From Octopus sinensis (lineage: Eukaryota): DNA of 64,000 nucleotides. This document shows, one piece after another, positions 12,741 to 25,549 of this stretch; the first letter of the stretch is position 1; the number at the start of each line of letters is the position of its first letter. The translations under genes were made by a program, and so were the position numbers. Below the pieces are notes generated by a model, which was given only the letters and a program-made list of their open reading frames with translations, was not told the origin of the DNA and did not search any database. Location of the stretch: assembly GCF_006345805.1 (NCBI RefSeq), contig NC_043002.1, positions 55,242,001-55,306,000 on the forward strand, in the 5' to 3' direction.

Positions 12741-13812
12741 GAATTTTCAAGCTCCATATTTTTGTCCTTTCGACGAAATAACAAGGCAAATTCTTTTGTC
12801 AAACACCATCAATGTTTAAACAATATCCACTTTTGTTAAACATCATGTCTAGCTTGGCTCACATAAAAAACTCTGTAAACATGGATTTGCTAATTTAATA
12901 TTACACTTTACTATGGCTTCTTTTCTTTAAGATTAGATACGCTTTCTGAAAAAAAGAAACCACGCCCAGCACTCCGTTCAGATAATCGAAGTCTAAGTTT
13001 GTGCGTGCGCGCGTGTGTACGTGCGCATACTTATACACACAAATATATATATATATATACATAGGCGCAAACTATGTATATATAAGTATATAAATGTGTT
13101 TGTATAAATTCATATATATATATATATGTTAATATATGTATATATCTTAATATATACATATTTATTTATGTATATCACCGTGATCACCGTGACCGACCAG
13201 GCTATCAGATGTTGCTACACATCGCTGGTCACAATGCACTTCGCATTGTTTTAGCCTTCAAATGACGCCACCCCGCTGGCTAAGCGAGCAGGCCAACAGA
13301 AGAAAGAGTGAGAGAAAGGTGTGGCGAAAGAGTACAGCAGGGATCGCCACCCCTCCCTGCCGGAGCCGCGTGGAGCTTGAGGTGTTTTCGCTCAATAAAC
13401 ACTCACAATGCCCGGCCTGGGAATCGAATTTTCAAGCTCCATATTTTTGTCCTTTCAACGACATGGTCACAACGCGAATTCTTTTGTCAAACATCATCAA
13501 TGTTTAAACAATATCTACTTTTGTCAAACATCATGTCTAGCTTGGCTCACATAAAAAAATTGTAAACATGGATTTGTTTATTTAATATTACGCTGTTCAC
13601 TGTGGCTTCTTTTCTTCAAGATTAGATACGCTTTCTGAACAATAAACACCACACCCAGCACTCCGTTCAGATAATCGAAGTCTAACTCAGTGTATATGCG
13701 CGTGCGCGCGTGCGTACGTGCGCATACTTATACACACAAATATATATATATATACATAGGCGCAACATATGTATATATATATATGTTAATATATGTATAT
13801 ATATTAATATAT
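12741..13812. repeat. ~390-bp local direct duplication (12741-13155 vs 13426-13812) splitting a family B SINE
   Basis: gaattttcaagctccatatttttgtcctttc ... cataggcgcaa in both copies; SINE B stops at 13428 and resumes at 13813. Confidence 0.9.
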
Positions 13813-13891
13813 ATGCCCGGTCTGTGAATCGAAACCGCGATCCTACAACCGCGAGTCCGCTGCCCTAACCACTGGGCCATTGCTCCCCCAC
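13166..13891 (-). mobile_element. SINE family B in two pieces (13166-13428 and 13813-13891)
   Basis: Colinear with intact copies at 18263-18572 and 28148-28422. Confidence 0.85.
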
Positions 13892-13941
<50 letters not shown>

Positions 13942-13979
13942 ATATTGATATATACATATACATACATATATATATATAT

Positions 13980-14029
<50 letters not shown>

Positions 14030-14042
14030 GATAGATATATTA

Positions 14043-14151
<109 letters not shown>

Positions 14152-14343
14152 TATTAATACACATACACGTGCGCGCACACACACGCACACACACACAACA
14201 CACACCACACACACATAATTGACAGAATGAGATTAAAAATATCCAAGGCTGTAAATAGTTTTCAGAACATTTATAAAGAAAAAGTCTTTCGGCTGTTCCG
14301 GGATATTTTATATATCCTTTCATATATATATAAACCCACGTCA

Positions 14344-14411
<68 letters not shown>

Positions 14412-15704
14412 TTACATACACGTCCTTAACGTAGCTAGGACCATATTCCATCAACTGGTGCTTGAAGGCAAAATGCTCAGAGACATTTCGTGCGTCCTTA
14501 CGTTCTTATTTCAAATTTCACTGAGGTCGATTTTGTATTTCATCCTTTCTAGGTCGATAAAATATGTACCAGTTGAGTACTGGGGGAAAATGTAATCCAC
14601 TTACCCATCTCCCACCCGGAATGACTGGCTTTAAGGCAAGATTTTGAAAGCAATATCTATACAATTCAGTACAGCAGATCCATTTCGGTTGAATTTGTCA
14701 ATCGGTTTCGTACACGAGAGTTTTGGGTGGGAGTAGAGGGAATCGGCATTCGTAAGGAGGTATTGCTGCGAGAGTATGGCCATATTGCTGTGCTATTAAG
14801 CGTCCGAAAGTGTCACATCCGGTTGGTGTGGGTCGTGAATAAAAAAACGAAAAAAAAAACAAAACAATGAAGAAACCGAAATGGCTTCAATCAGAATGGA
14901 ATCATTTTAGAGTTATGCTCCTTGGATGAAAATCAGATAGTCCCACCACTGTAAGTGGTAAATGCCGACAGAGCAAGTTTGGGGCTGGGATGCAAGCAGA
15001 ATGGGGAAGATGTGCGTGAAAGGAGGAAGAAAGTGGGGATGAGGGAAGGTGGTTTGTGTGTTTGTGTGTGCGTGTATGTAATATGCTGTGTGTGGGGATG
15101 GGAAGTATTGATGGTGGAAGTTCTAACGGTTATATTCATAGTGCGGTCTGCTAATATCCAGGTATATATCTCCGTTCATGTGGACTGGAGAGGAAAATTT
15201 CACTTTTACAGTTTAGGCAGGTATCTGAGTAAAGAGAGTACTTTAACAATTCTTTTCTCTGTCAAGTGGAGCCTGCATCTCCTACTGTTATTTAAGTAAA
15301 GCCTACATCTCTCTAATGTTCTCCACTTAATGTTGTAATCAGTGGCGTTATATTTCGTGCTTAACTAGGCTATGACCGTTCTCCTCTCCTGGATATTAAA
15401 GGGGTAATTATGATTGTTATATCTAATAGTAAAGGGATCTTCTGTTGTTGTATGTTTCCACACATCCATCTGCCTCTGGGATCCATTGACATCGGTCCCT
15501 GTGTTACATTGGCTGTTAAGCAGACATGTGTTGTTGCCACTGCAGAAGCATCCTGCCTCTGTTTCAGTCATGTGCCTACTTACGAAGATCTTTTTTTTTT
15601 TAGTATACAAGGTGTACAGCAAAAAGAAACTCTGTCGTCTATAAAACTGAACCCAGAATCCAGTAGATGGAAGGGTGCTTTTGATAGGAATAGAAATGTT
15701 TAAT

Positions 15705-15878
15705 TCTTTATTGCCCACTGGGGCTAAACATAGAGAGTATAAACAAGGGCAGACAAAGGGATTAAGTCGATTTCATCGACATCAGTGCGTAACTGGTACT
15801 TATTTAATCGACCTCAAAAGGATAAAAGACAAAGTCGACTTCAGCGGAATTTGAACTCAGAGCCTAACGGCAAACGAA
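15705..15878 (-). mobile_element. SINE family A (long-tail subtype)
   Basis: ttctttattgcccactggggctaaacatagag tail, central domain, B box. Confidence 0.8.
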
Positions 15879-15889
15879 ATACCGCTTGG

Positions 15890-15948
<59 letters not shown>

Positions 15949-16062
15949 ACTAACTAACTAACTAACTAACTAATAAACGAAGACATCTCTACTGCAGTGA
16001 TGCAGCAATCCTCGATGGTTCTGAATACAAATTTGAAATCAGTTGACGGACTCCTCTAAACA

Positions 16063-16128
<66 letters not shown>

Positions 16129-16262
16129 GCATACACAGATGCATTCAAACGCACACGCGCCTGGTTTCTGCAACTAAAACAAACTCAAGTAAAAGTATGC
16201 CAAACAATCATTTGGTTAATCTATTCATGACATTTAATGTTGCTGGGTGGGAATCGAGTCCT

Positions 16263-16362
16263 NNNNNNNNNNNNNNNNNNNNNNNNNNNNNNNNNNNNNN
16301 NNNNNNNNNNNNNNNNNNNNNNNNNNNNNNNNNNNNNNNNNNNNNNNNNNNNNNNNNNNNNN
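16263..16362. other. Assembly gap (100 N)
   Basis: Direct reading. Confidence 1.
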
Positions 16363-16444
16363 GAAGAAATCCTATATTGTAGATTTCTATAAGTTACAAA
16401 GGGAGGCAGATAAAATCTGCCCTTTATAATAAGAGATATATATA

Positions 16445-17806
16445 ATAGTGTAATAAATAAAATATATGCATACATACATACATATATGTACGTACCTACA
16501 TCTAAATGTGTATATACATGCATATATAAAAATATATACGTGTGTACAGGACACCACAAATAGACGTAGAACTCAACGAGAAACGATAACGTAAAAACAA
16601 ACGTGGAAACGGACCTAAACGAAAAAAACAAAGTTCAAGACAAACTACACAAGGAAAAATCCCCTATCATCAGCTGTCCCTAGTTCAACTCCAGCGTGTT
16701 TCGAAGGTGAGGACAGGACACGTCTCGTGGATTTTTTCGTTTAGGTCCGTTTCCACGTTTGTTTTTACGTTTTCGTTTCTCGTTGAGTTCTACGTCTATT
16801 TGTGGTGTCCTGTACTCACGTATATATTTTTATATATGCATGTATATATACATGTAGATGTAGGTACGTACATATATGTATGTATGTATGCATATATTTT
16901 TTTTTTACACTATTGAATGACTGAGCGCCCTCGCGTCGATTCGCTTCGCTTCGTTTCGTTTCATCTCCTCCAAGTAAGTTTTGTTATTTATAATTGTGAC
17001 GCGAACTCTACAACTCTTTGCTTGACCTTCCTTCTTCCTATCTCCCTCTCTCTCTCACTCCTCCTCATCTCTCTCTCACAGCCGCTTGTCTCCTCTATTC
17101 TCTCTCTCTCTCACTCTCCTCATCTCTTTCAACAGCCGGGCGAGTTGTTCCTTTCGCCGGCTGGCATTCTAACAGTGAACACTGTTCTTCTAGCACTCTT
17201 AGAATCTTTCCTCGTGTAGGCCAGCGTTAAGGCCCTCATGTCCTGTTTCTTGTTTGTTTTATTTCTTGTACTGTATTTTTTTACTTGTAATTTTATTCTG
17301 TATTTTTATTTTTTGTATTTTTATTTTGTATTTTTATTTTAATTTTATTTGTATCGTTTTTACGTCCTGGTTTTTGTCACATGTTTAACTTTCCTTGTTT
17401 TACCCCTCTGCGAAGTAATTTTATTTAATTCCTTCGCAGGAAGGATTAGTTCCACGAGTCGTGTTCTGTCCTCACCTTCGAAACACGCTGGAGTTGAACT
17501 AGGGACAGCTGATGATAGGGGATTTTTCCTTGTGTAGTTTGTCTTGTACTTTGTTTTTTTCGTTTAGGTCCGTTTCCACGTTTGTTTTTACGTTATCGTT
17601 TCTCGTTGAGTTCTACGTCTATTTGTGGTGTCCTGTACTCACGTATATATTTTTATATATGCATGTATATACACATGTAGATGTAGGTACGTACATATAT
17701 GTATGTATGTATGCATATATTTTATTTATTACACTATTGTATGACTCAGCGCCCTCGCGTCGATTCGTTTCGTTTCGTTTCATCTCCTCCAAGTAAGTTT
17801 TGTTAT
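16445..17806. mobile_element. Non-coding element with ~250-bp terminal direct repeats plus an inverted upstream copy (Penelope-like architecture)
   Basis: 16732-16987 repeats at 17555-17806 (offset about 823); 16445-16730 is the reverse complement of 17452-17740; PLE class is inferred. Confidence 0.55.
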
Positions 17807-17823
17807 ATATATATACACATATA

Positions 17824-18216
17824 TTCTTTTATTCTTGTACTTGTTTCATTCATTTGGCTGCGGCCATGTTGGAGCACCGCCTTTAGTCGAGCAAATCGAC
17901 CCCATGACTTATTCTTTGTAAGTCTAATACTTATTGTATCGGCCTTTCTGGACGAACCACTAACTTACGTGGACGTAAACACATTAACATCGGTTGTCAA
18001 GCGATGTTGGGGGAGGGGCAAATACAGACACACAAACATATACATACACATACATATATATATACGACGGGTTTCTTTCAGTTTCCATCTACCAAATCCA
18101 CTCAGAAGGCTTTGGTCGGCTCGAGGCTATAGTACATGACACCTGTCCACAGTGCCACGCTGTGGGGCTGAACTATGTGGTTGGGAAGCAAGCTTATTAC
18201 CACACGGTTGCGCCTA
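17824..18216 (-). mobile_element. SINE family C, full length (tRNA head, CORE-like domain, internal microsatellite, LINE-like tail)
   Basis: Minus strand gtgtggtaataagcttgcttcccaaccac head, gtggcactgtggacaggtgtc CORE-like block, ggcggtgctccaacatggccgcagcc tail. Confidence 0.85.
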
Positions 18217-18232
18217 TATATATATACATACA

Positions 18233-18262
<30 letters not shown>

Positions 18263-18263
<1 letters not shown>

Positions 18264-18572
18264 CACTGTGATCACCGTGACCGACCAGGCTATCAGATGG
18301 TGCTACACATTGCTGGTCACAATGCGCTTTGCATTGTTTTAGCCTTCAAGTGACGCCACCCCGCTGGCTAAGCGAGCAGGCCAACAGAAGAAAGAGTGAG
18401 AGAAAGTTGTGGCGAAAGAGTACAGCAGGGATCGCCACCACCTCCTGCCGGAGCCTCGTGGAGCTTGAGGTGCTTTCGCTCAATAAACACTCACAACGCC
18501 CGGTCTGGGAATCGAAACCGCGATCCTACAACCGCGAGTCCGCTGCCCTAACCACTCGGCCATTGTGCCTCC
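18263..18572 (-). mobile_element. SINE family B, full length
   Basis: tRNA-like head (gtggttagggcagcggactcgcgg...ggtttcgattccc), body, ctggtcggtcacggtgatc tail. Confidence 0.9.
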
Positions 18573-18620
18573 TCTCCTTCTTTTTTTTTCTCTCTCCTTG
18601 TTTCTCTCCTTGTTTTCTGT

Positions 18621-18662
18621 GTCCCTTTCTGTAGAAGAGCGTTGGCTTGAAACGTAAAAGAC
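18621..18662 (+). ncRNA. Variant minimal hammerhead motif in a PLE-type 3' remnant (about 18575-18752)
   Basis: cuuu CUGUAGA a gagc-guug-gcuu GAAAC GUA aaag; A6 is U; ACGU palindromic stem III. Confidence 0.45.
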
Positions 18663-18749
18663 TTTTTCTATTCCTGAGCGTTATACTAATACATCTGTTT
18701 GTTTTGTACGCCACCTGTCTTCGTCTTTTTTTTTTTTCGTAAACTCTCC

Positions 18750-18793
<44 letters not shown>

Positions 18794-19279
18794 TAAGTGA
18801 AGGCACTTTATTTCAGCTGTAGAAATGAGTTGTGACGTCACTGGTACCAAGCTGTATCGGCCCCTTTGTCTTGGATAACATCAGTGATATGGGGAGGAAA
18901 GGCTGGTCTGCATGGGCGGCTGCTGGTCTTTCTTAAAAACAACCCTAGGTTGTTCGTTCGCCAGTGAGGCGACTATCCGTCGAGTCTTGTACACCGGAGG
19001 GAACCTTTTAGGTGCTCCCATGGTCATTCGTGACCGACGGAGTCGAAGAATTTATATATATATTCTTTTGGTTGGGAAACGAGCTTCTTACAACGACTGC
19101 GCTTTGATATCATTCTGAAGCATATTTATAAAATGCGTTCTAACAGCAAGGTCATTCGTATCTCAATGCCGAGGCGGAATAGCAGAATAAACTGAGTAAG
19201 AGAGAGAGAGAGAGAGAGAGAGGAGGTGAGGGATAGATAGATAGAAAGATAGATAGATAAACAGATAGACAGCTAGATG

Positions 19280-19314
<35 letters not shown>

Positions 19315-19776
19315 CCGAGAGAAAGATGAGTGTGAGTGAGTGCGCGCGCCACTTGTTTTCGTACGTGTGTGGGTGTATTAGCAATCGAAAAAACAAAAAC
19401 AAAAGCTGATCTAACATACAAACACACACTGACACACACACATACACACACACACAGACACACAGACACTCACACACACAACATACTTGTTCTTTCTGTT
19501 TCAATAACTCTTCCTCCTCCTCCCCCTCCTCCCCCCTCTCGCTCGCATTGTTGTGGGTTTTATATATTTAGATGTGAACAGCGACTGACTGAAGATACAG
19601 AGAAAAACAGGAAAGAGAATAGGAGAGAAAAATTATAAGCGGTGTGTGTGTGTGTGTGTTGTGTGTGTGTGTGTGTGTGTGTTGTTAGCTAGATTGATAA
19701 ATCTACGGATGCAGAGAAAGAAACGAAAAGGAGAAAGACACATAGAAAGAAAAATAAATTAATGAATGCTAAATGT

Positions 19777-19821
<45 letters not shown>

Positions 19822-20040
19822 TAAACACACACGTAGATAGATACTTTGATATTGTGCACACATCAACGCACGTGCACGAATGTACACCATTACTGCAAAA
19901 TAAAACGTTGTATTACGTGTTTGCAATGTGTGCCTATATGTGTACTTGTGTGTATGTACTAAATGTAATAATCTATAATATTACACTGTGTATATGTGTG
20001 TGTGTGCGGAGAAAGAGAAAGAAAGAGAGAGAGAGAGAGT

Positions 20041-20076
<36 letters not shown>

Positions 20077-20185
20077 GGGAGAGAGATAGAAAGATAGATA
20101 GATAATGTGGACATTCAACAACACTTGAATATTCCTTTATACATTCTTAAGAATCCGGTTCACACACACTCGTACACACATAAAC

Positions 20186-20221
<36 letters not shown>

Positions 20222-20576
20222 ACCATCACCACTACATACATGTGCACAGGCGGAAATACCAATATAAATACCAGCATGTTGATATAAATATCACATCGTA
20301 TCGTTTCCAATATTTCACTTCGTATAAACCACTTTTTTCAAATAAAATAAATACATTACTGATAGAAATAGAAATTCAGAAACAAGACACTCTTATAAAG
20401 AATTTCAAAACCACGAATAAAATACATTAATACAAGAGAATTGGTAAAAAGAAATCGAAGGATCAAAGAATAACAAAACGGAATTACCGAAAAGCGATCT
20501 GGTAACGACCTTGCCTGTTCTCGTTGTTGACCTTTTGTGATTCCGCATCTCTTGTTTGTAGCTGCAGATCTGTCTA

Positions 20577-20638
<62 letters not shown>

Positions 20639-20821
20639 CACTGTTATTTGTCTCTCTATCTTTCTCACTCCTCTCTCTCTCTCTCTCTTTTAGCGGTAGA
20701 GCCTTTCATCTAATCTGTGTTTTGTCTCTCTATCTGCAGCTGCCCCGCTCTTTTTTGTACACACACACACACACGCACGCACGCATGCACGCACACACAC
20801 ACACACACGCACGCACGCATG

Positions 20822-20865
<44 letters not shown>

Positions 20866-21526
20866 CTCTCTCTCTCTCTCTCTCTCCTCTTCTCTCTCGC
20901 TCTCTTCCCCCAATTCTCTTTCTTTCTCTTTATTGTCTGCCACTCCTCATCATTCATCTATCTCTATCACTCACCACCGGCTACAACAACAGTCAGCCTG
21001 CTGATAAATATGCAACTTCGGAATAATAAAATCACAAAGCTTATAATCATATCGTTGAATACCGACAAACACACCACACACACACACACACACACACGCA
21101 CACACACTCTCTCTCACTAAGTCTTCAGTGTGAGTATGTGGTTTGTGGGGTCAACCACGTCCTCCTCCGCTTCATTTTTTGTTATTCACTCATTATCATT
21201 TAATTATATATATTTTAATTGTTTGTTTATTCATATGTTTTGTCTCATTCGATACCCTGACCCCAACGTTTGTTTCGTCCCCTCTTTTTCTCAACCTTAT
21301 GGTGAATAAAGAAATACTCTCTTTCTTTCTTTCTCTCTTTCTTTCTCTCTCCCTCTCTTTCTCTTTCTCTCCCTCTCTCTTTCTCTCTCTCTTTCTTTCT
21401 CTTTCTTTCTCTCTCTCAAACAGACACACACACACACTCTCTCAAGCACACACACACACACACATACACACACTTTCTTTCTTCCCCCCCCACACACTCT
21501 CTCCTTCTCTCTTATCTCTTGCTTAT

Positions 21527-21888
21527 CTCAGGTGTTAGACTGCGGCCATACTGGGGCACAACCTTGAAACAATATTAGACGAAGGAAACGAACACCAGTA
21601 CTTATTTTGTATTCATTCTTTCAAAGCTTGGTACATTTTTGTCGGTCTCTTTTATTGAATCGCTAAGTTACGAGGACGTAAACACACCAACATCGCCTGT
21701 CAAGCGGTGGTACACACACACACAGATACAAAGGGCTTCGTTCAGTTTCCGTCTGCCAAATCCACTCACAAAGCTTTGGTCTACCCGGGGTTATAGTGGA
21801 AAACACTTGTCCGAGGTACCACACAGTGGGACTGAACTCGGAACCATTTGGTTGAGAAGCAAGCTTCTTGCCACACAGCCACGCCTGC
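21527..21888 (-). mobile_element. SINE family C, diverged
   Basis: Tail, body and head colinear with 17824-18216. Confidence 0.8.
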
Positions 21889-23504
21889 CTGAGGATTACA
21901 TTAAGGGAAGGACATGTCTGTGGAATACTCAGCCACTTACCAGTTCACACTGAGTCAGGTCATCCAGTTGATCGATCAACTGGACCCTTATCGTCGTCCA
22001 ACCACCAAAATCCACCACCATCATCATCATCACCATAAATCTATGTTGCTTTTTTGTTGTTTGTTTGTTCCTTCTCGTGCCGTGCCTGGCTCATAAGGGC
22101 CGGTCTCCCGGTTTCATTGGCGTATAGGTTCCCCAACTGGACGGGACGCGAAATTTTTTCCCGCGAGAGTTCCGGACCCCATTTATGAACTCATTTGCAT
22201 ACAGCCAACCAGAGCTCAACTATCAAACTAATTTATGAGCGCATAACAAGTGATGGGCGATAAGGTCACTTGGGTAAGGAACGACCATGCTTCTTTTCTC
22301 TTTTAGTAATGCTTGTTGTTCATGTTCTTGTTTCGTCAATACAACACCCTAACCACTAGGCCGTAGCCATGAACGCCCTCTCATTTTACACACACACACA
22401 CACACATCACAGCAAGGCAGGTAACTCTAATATACTGCTGATTTAAACCAATCGATAGTGAATTGTACTCAATTGACCATGTGATTTGGTTACATGGTCG
22501 TAAATTCACTGCAATTAGTAGAGAAAGTCTCCCACTAGGAGGTATTTAAAACCCAAAATTAACAAATAAATTTAATTACTCAAATCATATTAACTGAAAT
22601 AATTTTTTGGCAGACACACACACACGTACACACACATGTAGAAGAGGAGTTTGTTAACAGATGGAAAAAATAGATTGCGTATCGATCTTGCTCGATCTCG
22701 TTAATAATGCACATTTATCGGGATTGATTAGACATAGAAATGATCTGACCATTGGTGGCTTGTAGATAAAATTAATTGGGTTGCTGCTTCAGAAAATTTT
22801 TAGTCGTTGTTTTAATATTTTGTAAAAGGAAACAAACATATAAAAAGAAAATTTATACATAAACTTGATCGGTTCGTATTTTAGCCACTGCCGAGTAGTG
22901 TGTTTAATTTGTTCACCGAACACCTCCGCGAATTCCCCCTTGTCTTTCAAAAATCCTCCCTAAATTACAAAATAAGGGGGGATAATGTACCCTATTTTCC
23001 AAATCCTGACAGCAACACTGAATCTGGAAGCAAGAAAGTAATCTAATTCTACACTTTATCACATTCAAGAATATATACACGTTTTTAGGCACAACACACG
23101 CAGAGTCAAAAGGAAGCACTACATTTTACCGGAAGTACTACTGTTGTTCACGCAGTGCTCTCTGTCCCTCGCACATGTGAGCATGCGCACAACTGCCAAA
23201 CACCGAGTCGCTGGAACTGTAAAGCGCACAGTTCTATACTAGGATTTTTGTATTTTTTTCATAAACTGGGGGATGGTTACTGACATTAAGCTTAAGGATT
23301 ATATAATGTACAAGTATGAAGAAAGAATTAAAGAAAAAAAGAAAGACTCATTATATTGAATGTTATCGATAATATCGAGTGGAAATAGGGGGTGCTGCAG
23401 TTCCGCAGTACCTATATACGAGCCACTACTAGATCTGACGATTTTGAATCACAACAATAGAACCTCACAGAGCTATTGTGCAGGTTAGGGTTTCCCTACA
23501 TCAT

Positions 23505-24290
23505 CCAGTGATGCACTTAATCACATCATTAGTAATGTTTCGTGGAGGTCATTAGCTGTTCCGTGTCTTTCGACCTCAGACACTCTCATCCCAGGTGACC
23601 CAACCGGGGCCGGTTGGCCCTTAGTTTATGCCCAGTTAACACTGGCCTTTCCAGGGCTTATGTCTCCATATATGCCACCTTGAGGCAACCTCTTCTGTCT
23701 CCATACCCCACTTCATGGCCTTCGCTCCTCATGTCACTCTAATGCCCAGCATGTTGTAAGCTCTCTAAAGGAAGTGGCCTGCAAACACTTTGCATCCCAC
23801 CTCAATGGTATCGCATTTCGCTTACCTCCCATTGCCATGGCATAATTCAAGTAGCTTAAAGGCGGGAAGCTGGCCGAAACGTTAGCATGCCGGGCGAAAT
23901 GCTTAGCGGTATTTCACCCGTCGCTCCGTTCTGAGTTCAAATTCCGCCGGGGTCGAATTTGCCTTTCATCCTTTCGGGGTCGATAAATTAAGTACCAGTT
24001 GCGAATCGGGGTCGATCTAATCGACTGGCCCCCTCCCCTTGTGTCTAGCGTAGAAAAAAAAAATTCTAGTAGCTTAGCATATTTCCTCCTCTTCCCTTCG
24101 TTTACCTTTTCGGCACAGTTCTCCCAGGGAGAGTTCTGGCCCCAAAATCAGATCTTAGTGATGTTGCGGTACGTTTCTAGGAGCTTCAGTCGCTTTCCCA
24201 GGTCAGCTTTTAGCTCTCAGTCTTTTGTTGTTGCAAGTAGTTCCAAAGGGGGCAGGCCTAGCAGCTGGCGTCGTAAGAGCTGAAAAAATT
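23505..24290 (-). pseudogene. HERO-type (R2 superfamily, restriction-like endonuclease) LINE 3' fragment, interrupted by a SINE
   Basis: ELLATTKD*ELKADLGKRLK, TSLRSD (LRPD motif), PWENCAEKVNEGKRRKYAKLLE, then after the SINE CHGNGR*AKCDTIEVGCKVFAGHFL*RAYNMLGI...ASRWHIWR; 3' UTR gggtcacctggg.tgagagtgtctgaggtcgaaagac resembles HERO 3' ends as I recall them. Confidence 0.75.
23859..24061 (+). mobile_element. SINE family A with 15-bp target-site duplication
   Basis: aattcaagtagctta (23844-23858) and aattctagtagctta (24062-24076) flank the SINE. Confidence 0.9.
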
Positions 24291-24688
24291 TGATTCACTG
24301 ATATTGTCTTCGTAATTAGTAGGTAAAAACTTCCTCGACTGAGGAAGGTGTTTAAAATATAATGCAGGTATGGAAAGGTCGTGGAAACGCCACGGCTCAT
24401 ACACGCTAGTCCGTCGGTTAACATGTCAGAGTGCTGGCACGAGTGATCGTGAAAATCGAAACCGTGTAAAACCAGGGAAATACGTTTTTAATATCATCAA
24501 ATACAAACACACACAAACATAAACAAAATTTAAACAACGATTTATTGAAATGGAAAATAATAAATATGATTATTCTGTATATGTGCGTGTGTGTGTATGC
24601 ATGTGCGAATTTCTGAATGCGTGTGTGCGTGTATGTATAATGCAGTAGCGTATGTATGTACGAGTTAATGTGTGTGTATATATATATG

Positions 24689-24722
<34 letters not shown>

Positions 24723-24734
24723 ATATATATTATA

Positions 24735-24767
<33 letters not shown>

Positions 24768-24785
24768 TATGTATGTATGTATGTA

Positions 24786-24831
<46 letters not shown>

Positions 24832-24836
24832 TGTGT

Positions 24837-25051
24837 AAGAGTCAATAAACTCGAAACATCGGTGTCTGAGATTCCCAGGAGAGGGCGACACTGAACGAAC
24901 GGTGTGTTTTCACACCTTTTTACCATAAGAGAGATTTTTCTTCACTGTAACTGCAGTGTATTTGCCTTTAGCAGATGAAATATGTGACAAACATATTTCA
25001 ACTAACCTAATCGTGATTATACGTAAAAACATGATTTGCGCCATCACTCCG

Positions 25052-25052
<1 letters not shown>
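24837..25052 (+). mobile_element. Short repeat starting with the 3' part of a hammerhead motif, between (GT)n and (TA)n
   Basis: aa gagu-caauaa-acuc GAAAC aucggu GUC ugagau, then about 180 bp shared with 10787-10970. Confidence 0.7.
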
Positions 25053-25111
<59 letters not shown>

Positions 25112-25549
25112 CCATACATAGAGTAAAGACTTTCGAACAAGGGAGTTTAGCGTTCCCACTCAACTCAAAGCAATATCTGTGTACCAGTGGTTTCTGTGTT
25201 ATTTCTCTTCATCAGCACACAGAATAACTGCTCGGCTGGAGATGGCACCACTAAACTCCTGTTCGAAATATTTACTTTTCAAAAGGGACAGTCAGTAACA
25301 GTATTCTAGAGTAAAGATTATTTGCCAATATAATGATGCAGATAGTGTATTGAATAGCCAGCCGGGGACGATGCTTCCTAGGGCTAAATAACAGTAACAG
25401 TCGTCCTAACCAAGACTGGCACGTTATTTTGGCCAATAGAGTACTGTTACTGAATGTCTCTCGTTCAGAAATTTAGAAATAATTATTTTATATATGCGTG
25501 CGCGCGTGTGTGTGTGAGTGTATACAGTATATATATGTATGTATGTATA

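Noticed and set aside
17470-17520. GAAAC followed by CTGATGA as a type II hammerhead
   Set aside because: Stems I and III cannot be formed and stem II is weak
23120-23200. CCGGAAGT and GCATGCGCA motifs as a promoter
   Set aside because: Short motifs with no linked gene or transcript evidence
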